Shown here: positions 46,651-59,066 of the stretch, one piece after another | Position numbering within the stretch: the first letter of the stretch is position 1 | Layout of the letters: every line of letters begins with the position of its first letter | Source of the DNA: Coniocarpon cinnabarinum | Lineage: Eukaryota | Direction: 5' to 3' | Length of the DNA stretch: 64,000 nucleotides | Assembly: GCA_051942205.1 (NCBI GenBank) | Contig: JAVECO010000057.1 | Coordinates: 1 to 64,000 of the forward strand | Position numbers and translations under genes: made by a program | Notes under the pieces: model-generated | The model's input: only the letters and a program-made list of their open reading frames with translations | The model's database searches: none | Told to the model about the DNA's origin: nothing

Positions 46651-48135
46651 TCAGATACCCTTTTCATACTGGTACAGAGGCAGCTCAATGTAATAGTTGA
46701 TCTCCTTTTGGTACTGCGAGCTCTTCCTGAACGGCTCGACCGTCCTGTTCGTGCAACCACCTTGAGTTGGCTGACCGGCGAAACGATCCGCGATCCAACC
46801 TAACCATGTTGGCTGCGACGCGTACATGGTTGGGATGTGATCCGGGCCGTCGAAGACAACGTACTCAAGGTCGGCATTGGGCACGTTTTCGCACGTCTGG
46901 TTCACGCCGGCGTTGGTACCGTAGTAGTTGACGAGCTTGTCCTGGGTACCCTGCACCACGAGCATGGGACCGGCAAAGGGCTTGCCACCGGTGGCGAGCA
47001 GGTTGGCAAGACGGGCGAAGACGCCGCTTTGCAGCCAGTCGTCACGGATGTAGAACGCTTGCAGGGAGTTGACAATCTGGGTTCGCACCGCCCAGCAGCC
47101 GCTCAAGTCCGTGTAGAGCTTCAGGGCTGACTCGCCCGCCGCGGTTAGCCAATCCGAGAGCTTGAAGTCTGGGAAGATGGATGTCGCAGTGAGAGCGAGC
47201 AGCGTGCCTGTTGGACCCGCAATGGACGCGTTGACGTGGAAGTCTTGGAAGAAGTTGTTGGCGGGGCTGGCGGCGACGACGCCTAGATAGCCGTCCATAG
47301 GCTTGTCAACCAGCTTCTGAGATGCACCCCAGACGGCGCCACCGCCTTCAGAATGACCGATCATGACGAACTGCTCACTCAGCTCCGTGGGGAACGCTTC
47401 CCGAGCAGCGGTGACAGAGTCCAAGACTGAATTGGCGAGGCCAAGGTTGGCGCCCCATTGGTGGGTGATGGTCTTGCCATCGGCGGTCTTGTTGATGCCT
47501 AGACCCGCAAAGTCCGTCGCAACGACAGCATAGCCCTGCAAAGCGAGAGTGATGGGTGCCACGTACTCATACCACAGGTCTTGGTAGTGGGATGGCGCAC
47601 ATTCGGCGTTGACGCCCGAGGTGCCATGAGCCCAGACGACCATGGGAGCTGACTCGCAAGACATATTGGGAAATTGTCGAGGTGCGAATGGCCAAAGGAC
47701 GTAGCCAGATGTGGGGACGGCGGTGCCATTGAAATCCGATGTCTGGTAGACGAAGCGAGAGATGGCGAGCTCGGGTGGGAAGCTGAATAGAGACGCGTTC
47801 ACCGAGTCTTGGACTTTCAGTATCTGACCCGGAAGAGCGTGCGAGGCGTTAGGTGGCAGTTGGTAGAACTCGTCCTCGAACACTGATCCAGTGGCCCAGT
47901 TGGAGGCCTCAAAGTCCATCGCCACCTGGACTGTCTGTGAGGTGTAATTGTCGAAGCCGGCCGCGGCGATGACATCTGCGTAATGATTGTGCGAACTTGA
48001 GCCCGACGGTGATGCCCAAGTGTTGGGTTGAGGTGTGGCGAACTCGGGCCGTGGGACTGATACGGTAGGAGATTGACTGAATGCCGTGGACGCAAAGGTC
48101 GCGACCAAAGCTCCGAATGCAGACGCTGAATACAT
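46651..48135 (-). CDS. Secreted lipase / alpha-beta hydrolase (secretory lipase LIP-like)
   Basis: Signal peptide MYSASAFGALVATFASTAFS, VVWAHGTSG..CAPS, GYAVVATDFAGLG, nucleophile GHSEGG, VVQGTQD and DH. Intronless. Confidence 0.88.
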   Translation of the reverse strand: MYSASAFGALVATFASTAFSQSPTVSVPRPEFATPQPNTWASPSGSSSHNHYADVIAAAGFDNYTSQTVQVAMDFEASNWATGSVFEDEFYQLPPNASHALPGQILKVQDSVNASLFSFPPELAISRFVYQTSDFNGTAVPTSGYVLWPFAPRQFPNMSCESAPMVVWAHGTSGVNAECAPSHYQDLWYEYVAPITLALQGYAVVATDFAGLGINKTADGKTITHQWGANLGLANSVLDSVTAAREAFPTELSEQFVMIGHSEGGGAVWGASQKLVDKPMDGYLGVVAASPANNFFQDFHVNASIAGPTGTLLALTATSIFPDFKLSDWLTAAGESALKLYTDLSGCWAVRTQIVNSLQAFYIRDDWLQSGVFARLANLLATGGKPFAGPMLVVQGTQDKLVNYYGTNAGVNQTCENVPNADLEYVVFDGPDHIPTMYASQPTWLGWIADRFAGQPTQGGCTNRTVEPFRKSSQYQKEINYYIELPLYQYEKGI

Positions 48136-51100
48136 GATGACACAAAGAAACGCCGACGTCCACGCTCTCACAGAGGTACTGTACTCATACAAGCAGACGA
48201 GCAAGTGAGATGGACTCGCCCTGTGCTAAACCCACGGTACCTAATGCAAGAGATACACTACTATTCTCCGGAATGCTGCCAAAAACGCAAGATCCCTGTT
48301 ACTTGGCTTGCAGGTCAAGCACAATATATGTAGACTTGTGGAGGCAATGGAGGATGGTTGCAACTGTCGTTTCAAGCCACTGGCGTAATCTCCTGGAGCC
48401 AGTGGTTGGTAGACTCGGTACTTTGGTTGTCCTTGTCATGACCCTGCTAGTGTACTAAGATCGACGGACCTATGGCTGTAAGGGTCTCTTCCTCACGTGT
48501 GAATGCCGCACCAGGTCGATGGTCTTTCACGAGGTTGCAAAATAGCCATGTCTGGTAACATGGGCTCCATGCTGATGAGATTGCGGAGGGGTGACGTGAG
48601 GGGGCAGCAACGACATTGGGGACGCGGCATTTCGAAGGAGCTTTGCCATCAACGGCAAGGCGTACGGGCAAACCTCGGTAGCGTCAAGAGCCGCGCGGAG
48701 TGGGGTCTCCATAACGACACGGTAAGGAGACAGACACGGCAATGGCGTCGAATGACAGTGCTGTGCTTGTCGACAGAGTTTGTTGCCCGCTGAGCCTCAA
48801 GGGCCTCATGGAGTAGGTGGCTTACCTGGAGCCGTCATGGAAAAGAGGAAATGAGATTCGTTCATGTCGTGACCCAAAGACTACCAGTCAACGGTGACAA
48901 CGACCGTGGAGGAACCTCCCTACTGCTCGCGCATTCGTCAAGGCCGAAGCGTTCTTCTCCATCTGGAGCGCGCGTGTTCTTTTGCTTGGTTCAATAAACG
49001 GGGTTTGAGGAGCACGGCACCGTCTGCTGGCGGTTGGAGTAGTAGGTCAAGGAGCGTCGAGCTTCAAGGCAAGGTGGTGTAGGGGTGAGTGCAACCGATA
49101 TTGATCCAGCCAAAGGCGTCGCATGCTCCCCAGTACAGAGGGCTTTGCTGACTGCCATATGCTGCGGCAATGTGATGCTGGGCGGCACGCGGTAATGGGA
49201 ATGCGGCAGTCTGCGACGCAGGCTCGCGAGACCTCCTGGGACCAGCCTCCGCAGCATTGTTTGCCGACCAACTTCGGCGCCTTGTCTCACCGAGTTCCTC
49301 CAAAGAGGTCAGAGAGACGGCACAATAGAGTTTGGCCGGTGAGTGGTTTGCTGCACACAGGCGTCTGATGGTCCTTGCGTGAAGCTGATGGCAGTGAAGT
49401 TGATACAGAGCCGGCCGGACGGATGTTTATCTTGCATGTTGAAGGAGAAGTACATAAGCAGATGTACGTACCTTTATTGCCGCGAGGATGAAACAGACGT
49501 AAGGTAGTCATGGAGCTGTATCCCTTATCCCTGCTTGTATCCCTGCCCGAGAGTACCGAATGCCTGAGAAATGAGACTTGACATTGTTGGCCAATGCGTC
49601 GGGGCACCGGAGCATGCGGAGATTGTGCCAAGCCCGAATCATCTCCAATGTCCGAAAGAAGCAGTCAGAACGATACGTACCGACCAATGGGGACAGGCAT
49701 GCTCCGAGCAAACTCTGAAAGATAACGCTAACCCGTGTGAGTCCACGCTAGCATCTGACTGGAGGAAGCCGATCGGCACGCCAAGACGCTAAGACGCTGC
49801 ACCTGCGTCGCTGATCCCTACATGGCGCTTGAACTTGCACACTTCGTCCACCTCACCCACCGTGCCACCACTGTGAGCCGCAAAGGAATGCGGGGCTGTG
49901 GACGATGAGGCTCAGATTGAGGATCGTGCTGCTCAACACGACGGCCGGCCTGTCCCAGATCTCTCGCACTCTCTCAATGAGCGCCCAATCTTGCCGCTTC
50001 TGACTTTCCTGTCTGCTTGCTACGGGATTCCCTTGCCGTAATGCCTCTGGTCTGACTCTCAATCCACCGAGGCGTACACTTTCCAGCCGAACCATGGTAA
50101 TCATCTGCCACTCCTTCCACGGCTCGAGCCTCCGGCAAATTTCCACTCGTCTCGACTGTCCAGCGCCACCGTATCATCGTGGGCCGCCGTCATCTGGATG
50201 TACGATGGAAGCCTGAGGTTGAGCGAAATTGTCACAATGGCAATGGCAATAGCCCTGAATGGTGACTCCTCCAAGATGTCTCCCCCGAGAGCCCGGACAC
50301 TGTTGCTGACATGGGGCGAGAAGCACGGCCTGTCCGTAAGCGATTTGTGACAATGAGACAAGTGCAGTGAATGCGTGACTGAGGAGCCTCGAAGGAACTG
50401 CTCAAATCGCGCCAACCGGCTCAACATTGTCCATCGCCATCCCACAACACACGCAGTGCCTGCATGAGACCTTGGAGAGACGGCGCTGCTGGGAAATCAC
50501 AGGTCGTTTCCTGAGGCTCGTTCTGCCTTTGCCGGTACTGGAGTAACGTTGCTCGCACCAGGACCAGTCAGGCATATGCCGCGACTCCGCGGTAGGAACA
50601 GGCTTGAGCGAGTTGGCCTTAGTCCACTCTGGCCACGGATGGTTCCTCGAGCAGCGCAAGACCTTCATGGTTCCCCGCCCCCTTGGATCATAATGCGGCG
50701 ACTAATGGCGGCCCACTTCGTCTCAACTCGCCCCTCCACATCATCTGTCGACTGTTCCTCCTGCAGCAAAGTCCCGCGTGTCTCGGGGGCTCGTGGCTGC
50801 CGCGCGACTCAGATGCGCGAATTTGCCTCCACTCATTGGCTTCGCTTCTACGGTCAGTCTCTGGCAATGGCTTGAGGAGATCATCACGACGCCCGTGGTC
50901 ACTCCCGCCTCCCTGGGTCCGAGCGGACGTTGTCTCTCATCATCCCAGTCACGCTTGTCCTTGATGAGCCTTAGCAACGCTTCTCGCCTGCAACCTTTGC
51001 ATCCAGTTCCAGTTTTTTTAGGGACTAGGTAGGCATTAGCAGTGTTTCAGCAAGCCCTGCTCTCGGCTACGGGCAGATGCAAAGATGCAAAAGGAGCACC

Positions 51101-51243
51101 GCATCCCGAGCGATCTGACATTTTGACAGCTCGCCCCGTACCATATCTGTTTGGCAGATCGCAGTTTCTTCGGGCCACGCTGCCCTGCTTCTCTTCAAGC
51201 ATCACCGCTCACCAACTGACAAGGTGCGGTATCACCATCAACT

Positions 51244-52792
51244 ATGCCAGCTCCGTTGGTCGCACCTGAACCTCTCCCCGGTCAGCCTGTCGACTATGGA
51301 CCAGGCCGTGCTGATCCCGGTGTGCCTGCAGCAGCAATTGCGCTCTGTAGCGTGGCCATGGTGATTGTTTGCATGCGTATTTACACACGAGTGATGGTCA
51401 AGCGGGCTGCAGGTTGGGATGACATCCTGATTGTTTGTGCGATGGTGTGTTCTGTCTCATTTCCTCCCGGGTGGCGATAAACGACTGCTTCTGGGCATTC
51501 TCAGCGAACATGAACTGACCACTTTTGCTTCCCAGTTGATCGGATTGGTTTTTCTACCCTTGCAACTGATCCAGGTGTATGTCGGCAAGGATGGCCATCA
51601 TCGATGGAAGCTTCCTCAATCGAAAATCAACATCATCGCGACCTACAACACCGTGCTCAATATTATGAGCGCGTTCAGTCTGATGTTTTCACGAGCGTCC
51701 ATCATTGTGTTTCTTTGGCGAATCATTGGCGACATTAGACGCTGGTCAATCACATTGTGGACTACTATGGGCATCAATGTGCTTGTAGCGTAAGTGACTG
51801 CGAACACACCTTGCTGTGGCAAGAGATGCTCAAACCTCGGCGCTAATGGCAAGCATAGTGTCGGAACTACGGTCATTTATCTTGTTCTTTGCTTCCCCTT
51901 GAGACGAGAGTGGGACAAGAGCGTACCTGGCAAGTGCATGGATAAACACATTTTTGACAGTGTCGTGAAGTTTTTCACAGGTATTTTTCCTCCCACTCCA
52001 GGCACACAAGCATTGTCATCAAGATGAAGCGGATCCTGACAATGAGATTAGCGTTGAGTTGCCTCGTCGACTTCATCTGCGCCACAGTCCCTTTTGCCGC
52101 TATGCAGCATGTGCAGATCGACCGAAAAACGAAAATGGGTCTTTTTGCTATTCTAGGCTGCGGTGTCATTACCGCCGGTTGTGGTATTGGACGCGCTGTG
52201 GCTCTCAACTTCAACGCTGCTGACACGACATGTGAGTCAACTTCCCCGCTGCGAATATGCGCTCCCCACCCCTCTCCAAACCGATCATCGTTGACATAGT
52301 ATCGCAGGGGTCATCGTGCCAATGATTTATTGGCAACTCTTCGAAATGTACTGCGCCATCATCTTCGCTTCTCTCCCCGCCCTTCGCCAACTCTTCACCC
52401 ATTGGCAAACCTACGGCACATTCCTCCCCGCAACAGGCGAACCATCCTATGGATACTCTCAGGGCAGCCGCGTCCACACCAAAGGCGCCAGTACACCCAA
52501 CACGCTTAACGACTACGGCAGCAACACTGTTTCGCGCACCGGCATCGGCGCCAAGAACTTTCAGCGTCACGAAGTCGGCCGCCAGACGGACGTCTATGTC
52601 GAGCTCAACGACCTGGAAGGTGGCAATGGTGATGGGTTTGCCAACGGTCACAACGGCTTAAATTCCAATGGACTCGTCATTGACGCGAACGGTCTGGTGC
52701 ATCCCAAGTATCCCGTTTCCAGCGCCACGGCGGAAATTCCACGACATCACGCTCGAGGTGAGAGCTACGACTATCTGAGGCGCGGTCACTGA
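51244..52792 (+). CDS. PTH11-like integral membrane protein (fungal rhodopsin-like domain, no CFEM)
   Basis: Exons 51244-51444, 51536-51789, 51859-51980, 52052-52231 and 52308-52792. Motifs RIYTR..GWDD, RASIIVFLWRI, CFPLRREWDKSVPGKC, DFICATVP and EMYCAIIFASLPALR. Confidence 0.88.
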
Positions 52793-54329
52793 ATTGCTTG
52801 CTGAGATGAACAGCGGAATCGGTGGCGCAGCCTGGCACGGCCTTGTAAGAGTATGAAGAGGGAGTGACGGAGACTTTCACGGCCGCTTTTGTTCTTGGAT
52901 GACGCTCGATGAGTCGGATTGCACTGATTCATCGGCGCTGTTGTTTATCAGGTGGCGCGCGTGCGAGGGATTTTTCCGCCGCGGCCGCAGCTGTTACGAG
53001 GGAGGCACTTTTGACTTTTTTGAAAAGCTTCGATATTGTATATATATGCGTCATGATTATACGGCCATCTACTTGCCATTGTTACATGCTTTGATATGTG
53101 GGTGAGTGAGAATGTGCATGAGCTCGATGCGTACAACTGCCCTGTGAGATGGCGAAACAAACGCTCGACTTCACGCACACTGGTCTCTTGACATGGAGAT
53201 CGATTACAAGCTAGCCGGCCTCGAGCTCTGGTAGAGCATCTGCTCACGCTGTCGTCTGATTTGATACTTTATTGTTTTGCTCCAAAGCTGGCTCACCTCG
53301 ACGTCTCTGCTCAAGCATGGTCGTCGCTGTGCAGTAGCCCTGCTGCGAGCCAGTAGCAAGCACCTCGACACACGACATGGTGTGTTCAAGCTCTAAAGTT
53401 TTGGCTTGCAAACATGCCTTTGGCTTTGAGAGGCGAAGCAGAGAACGACTTAGTTTGCATAAGAAGGACCACGGCAGGTAGCACAGTCCCTGATGATAGT
53501 GTTGTTATCTATTGCTCGGCGCTTCCGACTTTGGATGGTGTGAGTTACGGGTTTGCTCAAGCGAAATGCACGTGCTTCAACAGGTTGGAAGCCGAGAGAT
53601 CATACACATGACCCAAACGACTAAATGCTCTACAGGCCGCCCAGGGCGAGTGCACAGCGGGTATCAGATACAGAAGCAGGCACACAGCCAGGACTGCGTT
53701 GCGGGCTATGCACTCCGCAGCCGTCAAGTCTCACCCGGAATCGCGTGAGCTTCGTCTCCGCGGAAGCACAGCGGTCGTGTATAGAAGTGATTGGCAAATC
53801 ATGGGAGAAGGCATGGATGTTTGTGTTTACAGCAAAATGGAGGTCCTTGCCTTCCTTTGCTTCACGAAGGTAAAAGATGAGGGAAGCAGATGGCTGTCTA
53901 TTCTCGGGAGTGAGAGCAGTGCTATCTGCTGAAATGTTGCACTACACGGACAAGCATTTGTTGTGTGGCAGTGGTCACGCTGATTGTTCACGGTACCACA
54001 CAAATGGCCACGGTCGGTGCCAGCCAAGCGAGGGGATGAATCTCACTATAAGAGACTTGTGTCTAGTTGTATAGTTGGTAGGGTAATAAAGAACGTGGCG
54101 CAAATGCAACAGTGTTGACAATGTGCTGTGTACTCGAATTATGAAGACTTCGTTAAAACCCTGCGTCTTGACGCTAGCTTTTTGACGCAATTCTCCGCGT
54201 GGCTCTACTCGGGCGTTCTGGTTGGGTAACCTTCCGTCATGTTCATCTCGATTTGACACCGAACGCGGCTCTTCCGCTATGCAGTCCCATTGAGCTTGTC
54301 CGCAGCATGGCGTAGCTCACCATCCCGCA

Positions 54330-54630
54330 TGATTACCATCTTCCTGCTCCGTCTTGACCTTTACGACCAGTCTTTTTCACCTCCGTTGCATCCTTTACCG
54401 CTTGCCTGCGCCGATTCTCCTGCTCCTGCGCCTCAGGTCTGATTGTGTCCATGCACTATCGGATAAGGTGGCCCTTCTTGCCGCAACTCAAACAGGTGAC
54501 ATCGGACCTGATGGATCGCAGGCTCCGCGCGGTCTTTCTGCATCGGATCACCTCCTCGTCACAAAAGCTTCCATGCCTGTGGAACTGATATGTATAGTCT
54601 AGAGCACGCCTAAAGATGTACCAAGGACGT
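54330..54630 (-). pseudogene. Decayed CCHC zinc-knuckle coding remnant (retroelement gag-like or cellular)
   Basis: The minus frame reads PWYIFRRALDYTYQFH..RSDVTCLSCGKKGHLIR*CMD. This is exact C-X2-C-X4-H-X4-C spacing at 54494-54453 with an in-frame TAG. Confidence 0.55.
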
Positions 54631-55747
54631 CATAGGAGAGTACTTGCCGCACTGTGCTTCAGCGCTTCATGAACTGCCAACGACTTTCGCCGTTGTACTC
54701 ATAGCTTTGTGACCCGGATTTTTCTCATCACACAGGCTCATCACTTAGACCAAGATCCGGCAACGATTTTCGTCCGTGACCCATGCTATCCATTCGTGCA
54801 ACTCTCACACTCTTGCATTGAGTACACCATTCAGGTTGGGGCCGTGGCTCCCATTTTGCCATGCATGGTAAAATTGAGCGACATCTGCATAGTCCCGCAA
54901 AGGTAACCTGCACAAGCATTCATGCTTTTATGACTGAAACCAGACTTTGGAGGAGCACGCGCCCAGGCGCACAATTACGGATTCAGGCTGTTTGCATTGG
55001 TGAATGACTGCAGCTCCATTTGTGGTCTCGATCGTTCGTAGCGTTAAGGAAGGTGAGGCAACGGAAACCTGTACCTTTCCTGTCAATGAGATGTGAAGAC
55101 ATGATGATCTCAGACGTGTGCTTCGCTGCCTACCGATGAAAGAGCGACGTTGCTACGTTTCAGCTGCGCTGTTGGATTACATTAGGCAAGCTTCTGAGGG
55201 ATGAGATTATCACGTGTCTCGGGTCCTAGGGTTGATGACGTGGGCAGAATCCTTTCAGCAAGGGAAGTGATCCTGATATTGACTCGGCTACCGCAAGGGC
55301 TTCGCAGGTAGAATAGTACTTGCCACACTAAATCTCAGCAGTTTGTTACTGACGAAGGGCTACCGCCGTTCTACTCGCGGTTTCGTGACCTGAATTAATC
55401 TCATCGTACAGGCTTGTCGCTCGGCTGAATTCCGGCATCGACTTTTGTCCGTGACCCTTACCGTGATGCATTTCAATGGGTTTCCTTCAGGATTCCATTG
55501 CGACGATACATCTGACGCGACCTGACGAGACATGCAAGACGCCTGAGCTCCACGCTGGACGCCATGGAATCCTCCACACCCGCATGTACCTGTCGTGAGC
55601 GGTCAAGAGCTCTGCTCAGCTCCGCCAGCTTCGAATCCTTCTCGCAAATGCGCACTTCGATGGCAATGGCTTTGTCAGCAAAGCAAACGTGCAGCTGGTC
55701 ACATTGATACTTAACATCGCCATCATGGCTGCCACGCAAGCGATTCA

Positions 55748-57163
55748 ATGGTAATCACTATGGCTCTCGCTTACTCTTTGAACCTGGCAGAGGACGCTAG
55801 CCTCCTTGTGCGTTCTCTTGCATTTCCTTTGCTTGCTTTGCAGGTACTCGCCCGTCTGCCATCCGTAGATGCGGCCTCAAGCCCTTCAAATTCGCCATCT
55901 GTTGCTTCGGTATGCGGTCCGACGTCCGCAAACGTAGTGTGCATTTCTCGCTATGGCTCTCTCCTTCCGCCGTCTTTCGAAAGAAATCCCGACCCATCGT
56001 TTGGCTATGCCAACACCAGTGTTCCCGACGACCCTACGTGGAGTCTGGTGTCCACCGCAGAGTTCGTACTCTTTGATCAACCGCGAGGCCTCGAGGTTCT
56101 CGGCGATTCGCCTCGATTGTACCCAAACCAATTTCAAGTCCTACCGGTCATTCATGAGGCTCCGATCTACGTCCCGAGCCTGAACAAACTTTTTGTGACG
56201 CAGTCCGGACCACCTGGGAATCTGTCCAATCTGGTCATTGACCTCAACGAAGAGAATCCAACTCCAAGGGCATTCACCACTGATCCGCCCGTGTACCAAC
56301 CGTCAGGGGGCGTCTTACATGAGAATATGATCTATTGGGCAGTCCAAGGTAATAACGACTCGCTCCCAGGAGGACTCGTCCAGCGTCCGGGTATCGTTCG
56401 AGTTGACCCTGCCACTTATAAAGCTGAGTGGCTTTGTAACAACTACTATGGCTTTTTCTTTGGTGGCTTGAGCGACCTCACAGTAGGACCCGATGGCGAT
56501 ATTTGGTTCACAGATAGCGGTACTGTCCATGCAAGCAATGAACCTGTGATCCGTTCCCTGACTGCTGACTCTTTGATTCTAGATTATGCCTATGGACTTA
56601 AACTTGCACCTGCAGCGAATCAACTAGCTCTAGCGACGTATCGCTTCCGGCCATCAACTGGCGAAGTCTCTATCGCAGAAAACACTCTGCAGCATCCCCA
56701 TGGTATCACCTTCTCACGGGATGGGAAGACGCTATACATTGCGGACAGTGGCCTTGAGACAGTAGGATCCGTCAGTAGTACTGATGGTTTTTATCATTAC
56801 CCTATCAGCATCAACTTCACTTCTACCAACAACCGCAACGTCTTTGCCTTCGACGTGAGCCATACCGAGACCGGCGCTTACATCAGCAATAAGACAAACA
56901 TCTATCAATCACTGGAAGGCGCACCCGATGGCCTTGCGGTGGCTGCAAATGGGTATCTTCTTGTTGCTTCTGGCTCAACCAACGGCGTGGACATTCTCAC
57001 TGCCACGGGTCAACAAATTGCGCGCATTCAGACAACACATCCAGTAGAAGACATAGCTTTCGCCGGGCCGGACTCGAAGACCATGTATCTCTCGGGCATA
57101 GGCGGCATCAGCCGAGTTGACTGGGGCCTGGCGGGGCCCGATCTGAATAGCTATTACATTTAG
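55748..57163 (+). CDS. SMP-30/gluconolactonase-family beta-propeller (secreted lactonohydrolase-like)
   Basis: HEAPIYVPSLNKLF, NNYYGFFFGGLSDL..DGDIWFTDS, PHGITFSRDGKTLYIADSG and APDGLAVAANG. In-frame intron at about 56520-56582. Hydrophobic N-terminal segment. Confidence 0.88.
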   Translation: MVITMALAYSLNLAEDASLLVRSLAFPLLALQVLARLPSVDAASSPSNSPSVASVCGPTSANVVCISRYGSLLPPSFERNPDPSFGYANTSVPDDPTWSLVSTAEFVLFDQPRGLEVLGDSPRLYPNQFQVLPVIHEAPIYVPSLNKLFVTQSGPPGNLSNLVIDLNEENPTPRAFTTDPPVYQPSGGVLHENMIYWAVQGNNDSLPGGLVQRPGIVRVDPATYKAEWLCNNYYGFFFGGLSDLTVGPDGDIWFTDSGTVHASNEPVIRSLTADSLILDYAYGLKLAPAANQLALATYRFRPSTGEVSIAENTLQHPHGITFSRDGKTLYIADSGLETVGSVSSTDGFYHYPISINFTSTNNRNVFAFDVSHTETGAYISNKTNIYQSLEGAPDGLAVAANGYLLVASGSTNGVDILTATGQQIARIQTTHPVEDIAFAGPDSKTMYLSGIGGISRVDWGLAGPDLNSYYI

Positions 57164-57864
57164 GCGTGCGAGATCTAGATACGAGATCGATGGAAGTGTG
57201 AAGAGGCAGGCTTCCGTTGTTAAACGCCGACCTAGTGAATCAGGTAGCGCCACATGTTCCTATGTATCATTAATCTCCCAGTCTATGCAGAACGCAGTAT
57301 AACTCTCATTGCGCAGATCCATCTTGCCAGATGCCGTTCGCCTTCGTGATCCATTCGTCGCAAGTCTTTGCAGGCGTCTAAAAATCTGTTCGAGTGGGCG
57401 CAAACTGCTGTGAAGGGGCAGACCATTGCATTCAAAGCGAACAGTGGGTACTCATTTAACATCAAGCACATCACGAACGTGAGTTTCACTAGCGACGAAC
57501 TAATTTCGAACGTACTATGTAGAAACCAATCTACAAGCAGCACAACCTGTAGCCTTCCTGTCCGGCCTTTCAGATCCTCATTCTTGTCTTCCTTGTTGAT
57601 CGCCTGAGCTGGTGCACTCGTAGTAGAGACCTGGGGCTCAGCTTGTGATCACAAATCTCAGCTCTCAGAGTCTGTTTCTTGTCGCCTTCTCATTTAATAT
57701 TAGAGCTCTTAGCCGTAGTACATTTCAACAGGGCACGTAATCATCCAGCACACTGAACATTGAGAGTGGAGGTTTCCACTTTCCTGCATGAAAGTAGGGC
57801 CGCGGACGTGGTATGGCTATCGCTGATCAAGGAGCGGAGATACTTTGGCCACATGACTGCAATC

Positions 57865-59066
57865 CTAGCACATCTCAATGTCCCGACCCTCTGCTTTAGC
57901 AATGGCTGTGCGGACACCCGTCATAGTGGCTGAGGGAATATTTGGATTTGCAGATCGAATCTCCATAGACCTGCTCGTGGGTGATCCCCCAATATTTTCG
58001 TAGGGAGAGATGTCTGGTCTTGGTCCATGATGCCCAGCCTGTTCACCTCTCAAGATTCGCCGCTTGAGGCGACGGATGGCCGAAGCAATAGCGACAAGAT
58101 ATCGTATACCATGTGGGGATTCCTGAGGGTCTTCTTGCTGGTGGTTTGCTGCTACAAAGAGGGCTCTTGAAGCTGTGACAGACACCATCACCATAGCAAT
58201 ACTGCACTCTTGCTGCAGCCAGAAACAGGCCCAGACGTCATCGACAGAGTCCCCTGGAAGACTTAATTTTGCCACACGTACAATAGCAACGATAGCCATC
58301 ACTGCAGACAGGCAGAGAGTTGTAGCCAGTCCGACTTTTTGTCTCAGGGCAAGGCGAACACGCCATAAGAGGGCGACAGGAATGGAGACAATCAGGGCAT
58401 CGCTAGCAATATCGAGTGCAGTGGTGGAAATAGCGATGTTGGGAATGCGAGTCTTCCCCGAGGCTTGAGAGCATTTGGCTTGAAGTGCAGGGAAGTTAGT
58501 GTGTTGCTGAGCATGATTACGGAGAAGGTAAGAGCTTTTGTAACCCACCAATGATCTCACCAATATCAGAGTAGGGACAGGTCAAGCTGCTAAGTACAAC
58601 GTTAATGATGAAGACAGCAACCTGTCTCAAACGTCAACATCGTTTGCAGTCACAAGAGCTCAAGAGCCTGTTCGCGTACCGTAAACCCAGTCACGGTCCA
58701 CCACCATTTCTTTAAGTGCTGCACTCGGGCTACGAGCTTCCGGAAAAACAGGAGATACGCTAACTTGACACTACAGACCATTAACCACCACAGGTTGAGT
58801 AGCACTGTGTCAGTCTTCAGTTGAATCGGCACTTCCTTAATCGTTTCGACTATGGATGAGTCTTGTACGCCGTACAACGCCAAACGCTCGCCGTGGTACA
58901 AGTAATCGAGATTGACAATGTTGAATACAGTGGCAGTGATCAGGCATGCCAGAGAAAGTAGCAGCACCCAGTCTTCTGCTTCAAATCGTCGGAGAATTCG
59001 AAGCTGTACGTAGAGACGACAGGCGTAAGCAACCAACGCAACCCCAAAGAGAGCACCCGTTGCAGC
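57865..59066 (-). CDS. Second PTH11-like integral membrane protein (first exon unresolved)
   Basis: CRLYVQLRILRRFEAEDW, SVKLAYLLFFRKLV, DIASDALIVSIPVALLWRVRLALRQKVGL and ECSIAMVMVS. Introns near 58678-58621 and 58560-58479. Confidence 0.82.

Noticed and set aside
48300..51200. Many 60-115 aa ORFs between the lipase and the PTH11-like gene
   Set aside because: No recognisable motifs or consistent splice structure; treated as a long divergent promoter region.
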